In this document: positions 62,601 through 64,000 of the stretch, piece after piece
Layout: each line of letters begins with the position of its first letter
Position numbering within the stretch: the stretch's first letter is position 1
Program-made: the position numbers and the translations under genes
Notes under the pieces: model-generated
Told to the model about the DNA's origin: nothing
What the model saw: only the letters and a program-made list of their open reading frames with translations
Database searches by the model: none
Assembly: GCA_965235115.1 (NCBI GenBank)
Contig: OZ249436.1
Span: forward strand, 1,180,001 to 1,244,000
Reading direction: 5' to 3'
DNA: 64,000 bases
From: Laetmonice hystrix
Taxonomy: Eukaryota

Positions 62601-64000
62601 AGAAAGGCTACCATCCACCAAGATCAGGTCTAAGGAAGGCAGAGAAAGGCTACCATCCACCAAGATCAGGTCTAAGGAGGGCAGAGAAAGGCTACCATCC
62701 ACCAAGATCAGGTCTAGGAGGGCAGAGAAAGGCTACCATCCACCAAGATCAGGTCTAAGGAAGGCAGAGAAAGGCTACCATCCACCAAGATCAGGTCTAG
62801 GAGGACAGAGAAAGGCTACCATCCACCAAGATCAGGTCTAAGGAGGGCAGAGAAAGGCTACCATCCACCAAGATCAGGTCTAAGGAGGACAGAGAAAGGC
62901 TACCATCCACCAAGATCAGGTCTAAGGAAGGCAGAGAAAGGCTGCCATCCACCAAGATCAGGTCTAAGGAAGGCAGAGAAAGGCTACCATCCACCAAGAT
63001 CAGGTCTAAGGAGGACAGAGAACGGCTACCATCCACCAAGATCAGGTCTAGGAGGGCAGAGAAAGGCTACCATCCACCAAGATCAGGTCTAAAGAGGGCA
63101 GAGAAAGGCTACCATCCACCAAGATCAGGAGGGCAAAGAAAGGCTACCATCCACCAAGATCAGGTCTAAGGAAGGCAGAGAAAGGCTACCATCCACCAAG
63201 ATCAGGTCTAAGGAAGGCAGAGAAAGGCTACCATCCACCAAGATCACGTCTGAGAAGGACAGAGAACGGCTACCATCCACCAAGATCAGGTCTAAGGAGG
63301 GCAGAGAAAGGCTACCATCCACCAAGATCAGGAGGGCAGAGAAAGGCTACCATCCACCAAGATCAGGTCTAAGGAAGGCAGAGAAAGGCTACCATCCACC
63401 AAGATCAGGTCTAAGGAAGGCAGAGAAAGGCTACCATCCACCAAGACCAGGTCTAAGGAAGGCAGAGAAAGGCTACCATCCACCAAGATCAGGTCTAAGG
63501 ACAGAGAAAGGCTACCATCCACCAAGATCAGGTCTAAGGAGGACAGAGAAAGGTTACCATCCACCAAGATCAGGTCTAAGGAGGACAGAGAAAGGCTACC
63601 ATCCACCAAGATCAGGTCTAAGGAGGGCAGAGAAAGGCTACCATCCACCAAGATCAGGTCTAAGGACAGAGAAAGGCTACCATCCACCAAGATCAGGTCT
63701 AAGGAAGGCAGAGAAAGGCTACCATCCACCAAGATCAGGTCTAAGGAGGGCAGAGAAAGGCTACCATCCACCAAGATCAGGTCTAGGAGGACAGCGAAAG
63801 GCTACCATCCACCAAGATCAGGTCTAAGGAGGGTAGAGAAAGGCTACCATCCACCAAGATCAGGTCTAAGGAGGACAGAGAAAGGCTACCATCCACCAAG
63901 ATCAGGTCTAAGGAGGGCAGAGAAAGACTACCATCCACCAAGATCAGGTCTAGGAGGACAGAGAAAGGCTACCATCCACCAAGATCAGGTCTAGGAGGGC
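59630..64000. repeat. 42-bp minisatellite array (>100 units, truncated by window end)
   Basis: Unit CCAAGATCAGGTCTAAGGAGGRCAGAGAAAGGCTACCATCCA with 41-, 39- and 35-bp deletion variants. Confidence 0.99.

Overview
This is repeat-dense eukaryotic (animal, probably marine invertebrate) non-coding DNA. I found no recognisable protein-coding gene, rRNA, tRNA or CRISPR array. Roughly 40% of the window is tandem repeat: six multi-kilobase minisatellite arrays (units of 45, 51, 81, 51, 33 and 42 bp), many smaller arrays and GA/TC microsatellites. All long ORFs in the six-frame track are by-products of these arrays. The intervening DNA holds many short non-autonomous DNA transposons (MITEs): Kolobok-type with TTAA targets, PIF/Harbinger-type, Tc1/mariner-type, CACTG/EnSpm-type, and CAG...CTG elements with 5-6 bp target duplications, some nested. 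Best observations: (1) the palindrome TAGGCCTA is strongly enriched, and two paralogous-repeat comparisons show an identical GGGCC+TA insertion at a TA site, consistent with a transposon excision footprint; (2) several minisatellites appear to be seeded from transposon termini; (3) a cluster of TTAA-flanked elements includes one with a Kolobok-like protein relic; (4) the large arrays show higher-order structure and focal variant hotspots; (5) there is a possible three-exon minus-strand transcript at about 58.9-59.6 kb.
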